Origin: a virus
Strand: one strand, 5' to 3'
DNA: 64,000 nt
IMG/VR virus record: IMGVR_UViG_3300045988_090463
Location: 1-64,000 of that record
Below are positions 56,735 through 64,000 of the stretch, one piece after another (the stretch's first letter is position 1; the number at the start of each line of letters is the position of its first letter). The position numbers were made by a program, and so were the translations under genes. The notes beneath the pieces are model-generated. The model searched no databases. It was not told the DNA's origin and saw only the letters and a list, made by a program, of their open reading frames with translations.

Positions 56735-56759
56735 CGCCCACAAGTGGAATCGAACCACT
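56735..56759 (-). other. isolated T-arm plus acceptor-3'-strand-like fragment
   Basis: AGTGG-TTCGATT-CCACT followed by TGTGGGC-G. No matching 5' acceptor strand or anticodon arm found within 250 nt. Confidence 0.35.
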
Positions 56760-56992
56760 ACGCTGCACCTAACTCGCTCCGTATGTTTTATATAAGAAAA
56801 CCAGAAAGAAAACCACTTCTCTATCCTGCTATACACTGTTTGGAAGAACCATTTCAAGCACGTTCACTTATTGACTACTAGAGGAAATTCACTTTGCCGA
56901 TAAGTAATACATACTCGGAACTCGGCCAACATTCTGCCATGTATTACCCTGTGCTTTTCCTACCACCAAACTTTCAGTCTCCAAACAGTGAA

Positions 56993-57076
56993 TGGGAGAA
57001 GATGGAGTCGAACCATCCGAACCACAATGGCAACAGATTTACAGTCTGCCCCGCTACCTCTACGGAATATTCTCCC
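56993..57076 (-). tRNA. tRNA-Tyr(GUA)
   Basis: GGGAGAA acceptor, anticodon loop CTGTAAA, long variable arm, T-arm GGATGG-TTCGACT-CCATC. Confidence 0.75.
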
Positions 57077-57390
57077 AAAACCCGGATTCCCGGGTTAGCA
57101 ATATGTTTATCGTGTTATGCTTTCCACTAGGCTGTTTTATGCTGTGTCAGTCACACAGAGTTGTTTCGGATATTATTATGCCTTTTTGGGCTATTTTATG
57201 CTTCTTGAAAACTCCCTTGTCATCAATGCGCGCTTGTGATGGCTTATTGAAACTAAGAAACATTCATCGGACGGGAAATCAGATCAAGCACAAGCCTATG
57301 CCGTTACATATCTTTGCTCATTCTGATTCACATACGCTCATCCGAAAGTTTTTTCTGCCCATAAAACGGATGGGCAGCATATGGAAGAAA

Positions 57391-57463
57391 TGGAAATTCT
57401 GAGATTCGAACTCAGGACTTCCCGGTTATGAGCCGGGCGTTCTAACCACTGAACTAAATTTCC
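57391..57463 (-). tRNA. tRNA-Met or Ile2 (CAU), elongator type
   Basis: Canonical cloverleaf GGAAATT/AATTTCC, D-arm GTTC-AGTGGTTA-GAAC, loop CTCATAA, T-arm CTGAG-TTCGAAT-CTCAG. Confidence 0.85.
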
Positions 57464-57685
57464 TGAGTAGAAAATATTACCAGCACCTCAAAGCCATATT
57501 TTCTACTGTTGCGATTCTTTGCCACCAGTCGCAACAAAGGCTCCCTTTTTTGGTTTTGCTGTCACCTATACGGGAATCCCATCCGGGACGTTTGAAGCCC
57601 CTTTAGGCAGCTCCGTTGAGCTAGATGGGTATCGGAGGGTCTATGTGAAATAAACCATTGCCAGGTACATGCGCAACCCGACAAA

Positions 57686-57757
57686 TGGGGCTAGTGGGAT
57701 TCGAACCCGCGAATACAGCAGTCAAAGTGCTGTGCCTTACCACTTGGCGATAGCCCT
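57686..57757 (-). tRNA. tRNA-Gln(UUG)
   Basis: Anticodon arm CAGCA-CTTTGAC-TGCTG, T-loop TTCGAAT. Has an A1:C72 and a C50:A64 mismatch. Confidence 0.7.
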
Positions 57758-58036
57758 AAAATCTTTCTCCCACTCCGCACCATTACAAAAGCAGGAGAAA
57801 GAATTGTGTGTGATATAATTACTATTTCTGCAATGCAAACAATATATATGTGGAGAAAATCGAATTTAATATAATCGACTACAGAAATTTTTTTACACTA
57901 AGTTGGATGTAAAGAATATTTGCTTGCGTACCGCTCCACAATCGGGCAAGCGTATCCTTCCGGTTTGATTATAGGTTTAACCCGTTCTATGATAAAAAAC
58001 GGAATAATCCTCGCAGGAAATGCTAAAAGCATATTT

Positions 58037-58216
58037 TTACCTCGCTGTGCAGATTAATATGGTATTCAGAATGAGTCCTAATTCCAACACTGTAAAGAAG
58101 AAAGTAGAAAACATCGGTATTTTCTTCTCACTAATTTGCGTCATGAGGAATGCAGTTAACGTTGTGAATACTATTATGTTAATCGCTACTGCAATGATCG
58201 TTAATGGTAATCTCAT
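58037..58216 (-). CDS. small two-TM membrane protein (59 aa)
   Basis: GGAGAGG RBS, ATGA overlap with the upstream stop. Preferred over the + strand ORF 58020..58235. Confidence 0.45.
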   Translation of the reverse strand: MRLPLTIIAVAINIIVFTTLTAFLMTQISEKKIPMFSTFFFTVLELGLILNTILICTAR

Positions 58217-58647
58217 TTTTCCTCTCCAATCATAAAATTAAGTATCTTCTCTGCGATTTCTTCTTCCGGCTCAAATGGTAATCCACAGTAATTGTAATGC
58301 TCTAAGGCCGATTTTAGGCTTGCTTTGAATCCACGGTAAATTTCCCCGTGTTGTAACAGTTCATGCCTTAAAACTGAAACTGCATCAGTAATTGATTGAG
58401 AAGTGAAACTAATTTGTGCCAAGCACTCCATTTCAATATCCGGCTCTGCCACCATCTCGAATACAAATGTCGGAAGCTCGTCAACAGCAACATGGAAATC
58501 AACAGACTTTACTCTTGGGACTTCATGTCCGTCAATAAAGCACTGTGTCCCCATCCAGTTATACGGACTCGGATTTATAATTTTCACAACAGGCATCTTT
58601 GCATCCCCTTTCCTGTGCTTTGCAATACGCCAGAAGATGTTCTGCAA
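58213..58647 (-). CDS. hypothetical protein
   Basis: Track ORF. ATG 58596 behind AAAGGGG is a likely start. Confidence 0.5.
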   Translation of the reverse strand: MQNIFWRIAKHRKGDAKMPVVKIINPSPYNWMGTQCFIDGHEVPRVKSVDFHVAVDELPTFVFEMVAEPDIEMECLAQISFTSQSITDAVSVLRHELLQHGEIYRGFKASLKSALEHYNYCGLPFEPEEEIAEKILNFMIGEEK

Positions 58648-58927
58648 TCTCCTGAAGCTGATTTGAGTCGTATTTCGGGCAAGTTAATGGTCCTTTATCC
58701 CCTAAGTCAACACTTACTTCGGCATTAATCAGCATCGTTGCTACATCAATCGGTTTATCTGGAAGCATTAAATCGTCCTGATTCTTCTTGCCACCGATAA
58801 CGCATTCGATTCTGTCGGCTCTTACCATTGTGTAATTTTTTATTTTATTAAAATCCGGTTTTTCGTCCGTTAAGATTGCTTTTCCATTCTCAGTGTATAC
58901 ATAATAAACTTTCTTGTTACTATTCAT
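58559..58927 (-). CDS. hypothetical protein
   Basis: 122-aa ORF. Confidence 0.5.
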   Translation of the reverse strand: MNSNKKVYYVYTENGKAILTDEKPDFNKIKNYTMVRADRIECVIGGKKNQDDLMLPDKPIDVATMLINAEVSVDLGDKGPLTCPKYDSNQLQEIAEHLLAYCKAQERGCKDACCENYKSESV

Positions 58928-59370
58928 GCTTCCTCTACCTCCCCAAAATATTTCTTGTATAATTCATAATCGTTTTTGCCGATTAGGGCTTTAACTGTGA
59001 GTTCTTGTTCTATGCGAAGATTACTATACGTAAAGATTGTTTTCAAAACCTGTATACAATAACTTCCAACATCAGTGATTATTCCGCTTTCGGTCTCGAT
59101 TCTCTCTTCAGCTGAGAACCAATGCCTATTCGAAGTTAAGAAATAAACCCTTTGCGTGCTTACTCCAAACGATATATGTTCCAAGCTTGATTCGTCCGTA
59201 AAAACCTTTTTTGCAGATTCTGTATCGTACAACATTTCATTTTCAAGAACAGCTTTCTTGTGATGATATTCATATACATTGTCATGCATTAAAGGTTTTT
59301 CAAGCGGATGCACGTCAAATTCTCCAGAAAAGCCTTTTTTATATTTAAAAAAATTTTTGAATATCGACAT
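58924..59370 (-). CDS. hypothetical protein
   Basis: Start ATG 59370 behind GGAAGAGG. Confidence 0.5.
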   Translation of the reverse strand: MSIFKNFFKYKKGFSGEFDVHPLEKPLMHDNVYEYHHKKAVLENEMLYDTESAKKVFTDESSLEHISFGVSTQRVYFLTSNRHWFSAEERIETESGIITDVGSYCIQVLKTIFTYSNLRIEQELTVKALIGKNDYELYKKYFGEVEEA

Positions 59371-59374
59371 TTGC

Positions 59375-59530
59375 CTACCTCTTCCGAAAATATTCTGCCA
59401 GGGCTTCACGAGTGATCTGTGACACGCTCTTGCCGGTTCGGTTCTTCTCAGCTATGAGTTTTCGTTCTAGCTGGTACGGAATACGAATTCTGATTGATTC
59501 GCCCTGAGGATTGCTATAGGTTTTTCTCAT
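59375..59530 (-). CDS. ribbon-helix-helix protein (51 aa)
   Basis: PQGESIRIRIPYQLERKL...SVSQITREAL. Paralogue of 60716..60871. Confidence 0.55.
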   Translation of the reverse strand: MRKTYSNPQGESIRIRIPYQLERKLIAEKNRTGKSVSQITREALAEYFRKR

Positions 59531-59534
59531 ATTG

Positions 59535-60701
59535 TCACACCGCCTTTCTCGGACGGCCTTTCGCCATTTTAGGAGTATTCAATGCTTCTTCTACAGTCAT
59601 GCCTTTTTGATTATGCCTATAATTAAATGTTTCTACAGAAATTCCGTATTGCTTACAAATATCAGATTTCGGTACCATTTCCCCTCCGAACAAAATCATC
59701 GCCGTCTTTTTCTTGTTTTTTCGTTTCTTCCATTCGGAAGGAGGTCTTTTATTTTTCTGTTGTTCAACATTAGTAATCCATCGGCAATTGTTGGGTTCAT
59801 AATTTCCGTTTACGTCTATTCTGTCAATCGTGCATTCTCCAAACGGAGCATTTTCATCATATCCATGTTTATAGGCCCATTCTTTGAATATCGAATAGTC
59901 ATGCCATTCATCGCATAATTTAATTCCACGTCCGCCATAATTGTAATAGTTAGAAGCAGTAATGGACTCGCATCTTCGCTTTATATCCTGCCACACATGA
60001 TACAGGCGATCATTACTTCCACCATGGGTTCGGCTAGAATCACTATGACGACATCCACAACTTTTTACCATCCCTGAAACTAATTCAATCGGTCTTACGT
60101 TCTTAATATTCCCGCAATCACACCGGCATTTAAACCTTTTAATTTCACCAGGATCATTTATTCCTATCACCGTTAGGAAACCAAAATGTTTCCCGATATA
60201 AGTTCCATCGTATTTAATATTCGAAAAATGTTTATGGCACTTCTGATCTTTCCACTTCCCTGCATGCATCATGCTAAAAGAAACATCTTTAAATGCTCCG
60301 CATTCTCTACAAACCATACGAATCTTAATAGGATTCTGTTCTATTATTTTTGAAGCAGTGTAATCTCCATACTGTTTCCCTATTTCGGATTCAAGTAGGT
60401 CTTTTTTAATTTTTCGAGATTTTTCAAGCTCTGCATTTCGTCTTTTCTTTCGACATTTAGGACATGCCTTTATAAGTTCACTCCATTTATTTCTGCCTTT
60501 TATCATTCCTCTCTGGATTTCATTTCCGCATGTAACGCATTTAAGTTTAACTACTCTGGCTTTAGTATATGGATTGTATGAAATATCAATAATTTTGTAG
60601 TCACCATTTACTGTGCCAATACGCTTTTGATAATATTCAATCATTTGAGAAATATTTTCTTTGCTAATTCCGTATGAAACTAACTCTTCTACGCTGTTCA
60701 T
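59535..60701 (-). CDS. HNH-like (H-N-N variant) multi-zinc-ribbon DNA-binding protein
   Basis: YGGRGIKLCDEW...TIDRIDVNGNYEPNNCRWIT..EQ..N core, several CxxC pairs, and a C-terminal HTH-like tail. Confidence 0.6.
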   Translation of the reverse strand: MNSVEELVSYGISKENISQMIEYYQKRIGTVNGDYKIIDISYNPYTKARVVKLKCVTCGNEIQRGMIKGRNKWSELIKACPKCRKKRRNAELEKSRKIKKDLLESEIGKQYGDYTASKIIEQNPIKIRMVCRECGAFKDVSFSMMHAGKWKDQKCHKHFSNIKYDGTYIGKHFGFLTVIGINDPGEIKRFKCRCDCGNIKNVRPIELVSGMVKSCGCRHSDSSRTHGGSNDRLYHVWQDIKRRCESITASNYYNYGGRGIKLCDEWHDYSIFKEWAYKHGYDENAPFGECTIDRIDVNGNYEPNNCRWITNVEQQKNKRPPSEWKKRKNKKKTAMILFGGEMVPKSDICKQYGISVETFNYRHNQKGMTVEEALNTPKMAKGRPRKAV

Positions 60702-60715
60702 CTTCGGACACTCCT

Positions 60716-60871
60716 TTAACTTAACTTCTGAGTTATTAAATTTCGAATGATTTGTGAAATACTCAGCCCTGTTTGAAATGATTCCCTTTCAAGTTTTGCT
60801 CTCATATCATCAGTGATACGAATACGAATTGATTCACCTTTGGGATTGTTAGTTGGTCTTCCTTTTGGCAT
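60716..60871 (-). CDS. ribbon-helix-helix protein (51 aa)
   Basis: Start ATG 60871 behind AAGGAG. PKGESIRIRITDDMRAKL...SISQIIRNLI. Confidence 0.55.
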   Translation of the reverse strand: MPKGRPTNNPKGESIRIRITDDMRAKLERESFQTGLSISQIIRNLITQKLS

Positions 60872-61270
60872 ATTGCATCTCCTTATTATGTAGGACAAAA
60901 GTAATAAATCAGATTTACTCAGAGCACTCATTAGGCCGTTCGGGGCATCCATATACACCCCCCTCCCGGGTCTGTCTCTGGTGACGCTGACCGGGCAACC
61001 CTTTGCCCCATGGGTTCCCGTTGTCCCGGTCTAAACGCTGCTTTTCGGATGCCTTCGGCAGTGATCAAGGAAATTATAATGCATATCAATTTTCAGAATA
61101 TTACATCTATTTAATAAACACTTGTTTTTTAAATAGACTGCTATACATCATGCACAAATTCAACTGTTATATATGTGCATATTTACTAAATACTGCCATG
61201 TCTACCGCTTTTCGGCCTGTTTGTTCGTCATCTGCGTACATTTCAACGATCTTGTGTACGTTCCACGCTG

Positions 61271-61879
61271 TTATAACTCCGGCTTTTCCATCTCTGGAAG
61301 CTCCAGAACATCCTTGTACTTGTCTGCGATCTGCTGCGCTGTCTGCTGTGGTATACCCTGTTGCTGTCCTACTTGTACTGGTGCTGTCTCAGCCATTCCG
61401 TAAGCTGCTTTTGCAACGAATATCAAGTTGGCATTTGTGCCGGCCTGATTATTGAGCCGGTTAATCGTGCAATTCTTGCAAATATCGAACCATTTTTTTA
61501 CCGTGTCGCCATGTGGCGAGGCGGTTCTGTATTGCCCATTCATCCAACATGTAAAAGTTCTACGTTCTATTCCCACTAAAAAGCTAAATACTTCTAACGT
61601 CGGTAGCACTCCATATCTAGTGCATATTCTGACATATATATTAAATATACTGTCTAACAGTTCTATGTTATTATTACTAGGTTTCTGTATTTTATCGGCT
61701 ATATAAAAAATCATATCTACGAAACTATCAGCAATAACAGATCTATATTCTTTCTGTGTATCATAATCTTCTGGCGATACCTGTAATACAGTGCTTATAT
61801 ATTCGTCCACAAGTCTATATATATCACTCTCATATACTTCAATTCCCTGATCTGTTATAACTGTATTATTATTCTTCAC
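61271..61879 (-). CDS. terS: terminase small subunit-like protein
   Basis: LEVFSFLVGIERRTFTCWMNG (HTH) and NANLIFVAKAAYGMAE, typical of Terminase_2-type small subunits. Confidence 0.55.
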   Translation of the reverse strand: MKNNNTVITDQGIEVYESDIYRLVDEYISTVLQVSPEDYDTQKEYRSVIADSFVDMIFYIADKIQKPSNNNIELLDSIFNIYVRICTRYGVLPTLEVFSFLVGIERRTFTCWMNGQYRTASPHGDTVKKWFDICKNCTINRLNNQAGTNANLIFVAKAAYGMAETAPVQVGQQQGIPQQTAQQIADKYKDVLELPEMEKPEL

Positions 61880-62273
61880 TGTATCACCTCGCTTTATAAC
61901 GTTAATCTATAAAAACATTGCAAATAAAAAAGCACAGAAAAACATGTGAGCCATTGTTTCGGCTCCTGTTATCCTGTGCAAAATGCGTTAAAAATATATT
62001 CCGTTTTCGTGTCTATTAACAGTATTAACATACAAGTTGTTATTCTGTCAACTATTTTTTAAAATTTCTAGTTAATCTCATATAACACCATATACTATAT
62101 CTATGTATATTATTATACTATATCTCTATATACTGTATATAATTATATATAATAATTATTATTAATCAACTCTAACCTTAGGGAATCTATGGAGGGATAA
62201 TAAAAGATATTAACATACAGTAGTGTACTGGTAATCTATTAATATATAATATATATATCCCTATTAGGCACAT

Positions 62274-62386
62274 AAAAAGCCAGACCTTCCGGCGCTGATC
62301 CGACATGATCTGGCTGCAAATTATCGTTATTTTTTTCGCGTCAGCTGCTCCAACTATCCCTCCATGAGTTCCCCGCGGCCGTCGTT
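62274..62386 (-). ncRNA. candidate small RNA (about 110 nt)
   Basis: Promoter TTGACT(62422-62417)-18-TATACT(62398-62393). Terminator AGCCAGA..TCTGGCT plus TTTTT at 62315-62274. No ORF. Confidence 0.4.
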
Positions 62387-62481
62387 GGTGTGAGTATAGC
62401 GCACTATCGAATCGAAAGTCAAGTGCAAAAAAAATAAATTTTCCTCTTGACAACTTCGTGCGTACTGTGTTATATGTGTTA

Positions 62482-62621
62482 TAACAGCTTTGGCGGTTGG
62501 CTGTTAATGGGCGTATATTATGCGCTATCTCTCCAAAAGCCGCCATAAGTATGCTATTCAATTTATTGAATGCATTTCTATGAGAGAGTAACCAACGTTC
62601 GTTGTTGGTTACTCTTTTTTT
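62482..62621 (+). ncRNA. candidate small RNA (about 140 nt)
   Basis: Promoter TTGACA(62447-62452)-17-TTATAT with upstream TG. 11-bp terminator stem 62586-62614 plus TTTTTTT. Only 13- and 23-codon ORFs, none with an RBS. Confidence 0.4.
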
Positions 62622-62802
62622 GTTCTTCTCTATACAATTTTCTTTCGTTCAATAGTTTTTGCAAGTCGCAATTGCAGCCACGCCGAATGTCCACTTCGTA
62701 TCTTCTAATTTGCAACTGTTTTTTTCTGCAATAATCTGAACATACATTCGAAGACGTGCCATTCCAAAAAGATTTTCCACAATATCTGCAAATTTTTATT
62801 TT

Positions 62803-63114
62803 TTAATCCTCCCATTTTGTTTTCTTTCCAAGACCATGAATATATTTTTCGGTTGCTTCTATAAGTTCCACGTTAGTACATCCAAGCCCGGCCATGTAAT
62901 CATTTCCAGGATTGCAATGATTTTCGCAAAAATCAACTATCTCAGACCAATTACCAGTTTGATAATATGCAATCTCTTCGCCGCCATCGTATTCTATCTG
63001 GATGTTATACCAACACGGAGTTTCTGTAATTCTGTAGATCACATCTTGATTGTCCTTTTTCAAACTTTTAAATTTGTTCTCAAGCCACTCGATTGAGTTA
63101 TATTTTATTGCCAT
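62803..63114 (-). CDS. hypothetical protein
   Basis: 103-aa ORF behind AAAGGAGAG, driven by the promoter at 63171-63199. Confidence 0.55.
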   Translation of the reverse strand: MAIKYNSIEWLENKFKSLKKDNQDVIYRITETPCWYNIQIEYDGGEEIAYYQTGNWSEIVDFCENHCNPGNDYMAGLGCTNVELIEATEKYIHGLGKKTKWED

Positions 63115-63170
63115 GTTCTTTTCTCTCCTTTTCTCTGTGAAGTTTTTAGTTGCTTTCTTTAACTGTCTTT

Positions 63171-63599
63171 ATTATAGCACTTATTAAACTATGCGTCAAG
63201 TATTTTATTGAACTATTCTATTATTTTTTCATTCTTTCTATCTCTTTCTGGATGCACTCCAGGACAAACGCCGACATTTTTACGCCTTTGAGTTCGGCTG
63301 CTCTTTTTACGTCTTCCTTGGTTCCCTTTGGTGCCATTACTGTTATACGGTCGTACTTGTCTTTTTGATATTGTGCAATATATGAAAGTTCCTTTTCTTT
63401 CTCTTTAAATGCCATTTATTAGCCCTCCTGTTATTGTTTGCTTTGATTATATCATTTATTAAACTATGCGTCAATCGGCTGTGGGTTTTTATTTCGATAT
63501 TTTTTTATTTCCTATTATATGTGCAGAAAAACACTATTTTAAAAATAATATATTTTATTAAACTATGCTATTGACACTATTATTAAACTATGCTAATAT
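63171..63599. promoter_or_regulatory. three consensus-like promoters, each carrying the 14-bp box TTATTAAACTATGC
   Basis: Boxes at 63181-63194, 63456-63469, 63555-63568 and 63580-63593. - strand TTGACG-17-TATAAT occurs twice (63199-63171, 63474-63446). + strand TTGACA-17-TAATAT at 63571-63599. Confidence 0.7.
63221..63415 (-). CDS. ribbon-helix-helix (Arc/CopG-like) regulator
   Basis: 64 aa. KYDRITVMAPKGTKEDVKRAAELKGVKMSAFVLECI fits a beta-strand plus two helices. Confidence 0.5.
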   Translation of the reverse strand: MAFKEKEKELSYIAQYQKDKYDRITVMAPKGTKEDVKRAAELKGVKMSAFVLECIQKEIERMKK

Positions 63600-63710
63600 A
63601 TAACCATCAACAGAGAACAAAAAAAGCCCGGCAGACTTCCAAACCAAACCGGGCACCAATCAAAAAAAAGAAAGGTAACCCCATTATAACAGGGGCAAAG
63701 GTGAAAAGCA

Positions 63711-64000
63711 ATGGCAAAGAGAGAGCTTATGAAAAGAATCGAGAATGAAAAAACAAAATCAGCATGGAAAAAAGGTGTTAAAAATTACGCTTTGGACTTA
63801 GTGGATGGTTTGGAACTTGACGAACTCCCAGAAACTTGGGAAGAATTAAAAGCATTATTGTTAAACGGTGCAGACGGTTGGTTGCAGTATAGTTGGGGTG
63901 GTTGTGCTCTTATCTACGATGCGGATATTGCAAAAGCCCTTTGCACTCCGTCAGAACTCAAAAAGACACGCAACGGCGAACGCAAACCAAACAGTGGCGA
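63711..64000 (+). CDS. hypothetical protein, partial (runs off right edge)
   Basis: ATG 63711 behind AAAGGTGAAAA, open to the window end. Driven by the + promoter at 63571-63599. Confidence 0.5.
   Translation, partial: MAKRELMKRIENEKTKSAWKKGVKNYALDLVDGLELDELPETWEELKALLLNGADGWLQYSWGGCALIYDADIAKALCTPSELKKTRNGERKPNSG

Noticed and set aside
56735-56759. The tRNA 3' fragment as an attP core.
   Set aside because: No integrase or excisionase is present in the window, and no second copy of the fragment was seen. The idea cannot be tested without the host sequence.
56894-57402. Plus-strand ORFs 56894..57130 and 56992..57402.
   Set aside because: They run across tRNA-Tyr and the structured spacers on the opposite strand and show no translation signals.
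57565-57635. 71-nt cloverleaf-like fold with a UUCAAAC loop (would be anticodon CAA).
   Set aside because: The acceptor stem has a G:A mismatch, 6 nt instead of 2 precede the D-like hairpin, and the T-arm is only GGG-ATT-CCC with no TTCRA loop. This is not a supportable tRNA.
58020-58235. Plus-strand 71-aa ORF.
   Set aside because: The - strand 59-aa two-TM ORF (58037..58216), with an RBS and an ATGA overlap, explains the region better.
62187-62561. Track ORF (124 aa, - strand).
   Set aside because: It spans two promoters and a terminator, has no RBS, and gives a low-complexity translation.

Overview
Visibly AT-rich 64-kb stretch, coded almost entirely on the - strand, of a tailed (siphovirus-type) temperate phage or prophage of a low-GC Firmicute. 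No host genes and no integrase are visible. Reading the - strand from right to left:
- 63.2-63.6 kb: an RHH-controlled promoter cluster.
- 61.9-62.8 kb: a 0.9-kb non-coding gap holding two small terminator-bounded transcription units.
- 61.3-61.9 kb: a small-terminase-like gene. About 10 kb separates it from the large terminase at 49.6-51.3 kb. That interval holds an HNH-like gene flanked by RHH genes, a tRNA island (Gln, Met, Tyr, Ser plus tRNA-like fragments), about ten tiny Cys-rich proteins, a minimal ligase and an SPFH protein.
- 45.4-49.1 kb: portal, scaffold, decoration and lambda-E-type capsid genes.
- 38.3-44.7 kb: a 6.5-kb block of atypical genes (XhlA-like, sigma-r4-like, Q-rich, Gly/Cys-rich, HExxH, SGNH esterase).
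- 30.1-38.1 kb: head-tail joining genes, a holin, the major tail protein, G/GT chaperones with a UUUUUUA -1 slippery site, and a 1584-aa tape measure.
- 26.3-30.1 kb: a 3.8-kb terminator-bounded insertion (replication-initiator-like, GIY-YIG, lipoprotein).
- 20.3-26.3 kb: distal tail and fibre genes, then the endolysin.
- 17.1-20.2 kb: a + strand moron island with an orphan LytTR regulator, then a cI/Cro switch.
- 8.2-16.6 kb: an early region with Bro-N antirepressor, SSB, Rad50/SbcC-like ATPase and RecT.
- 5.6-8.2 kb: a complete diversity-generating retroelement (two tandem variable genes, avd, 69-nt TR, RT). Its avd carries an in-frame TAA.
The least explained signals are a 1.3-kb array of same-orientation CA-rich boxes flanking one 227-aa ORF (9.2-11.2 kb), a three-copy box-plus-terminator intergenic module in the late operon, and the tRNA-like fragments. 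All function calls come from motif recognition by eye. No database search was run.
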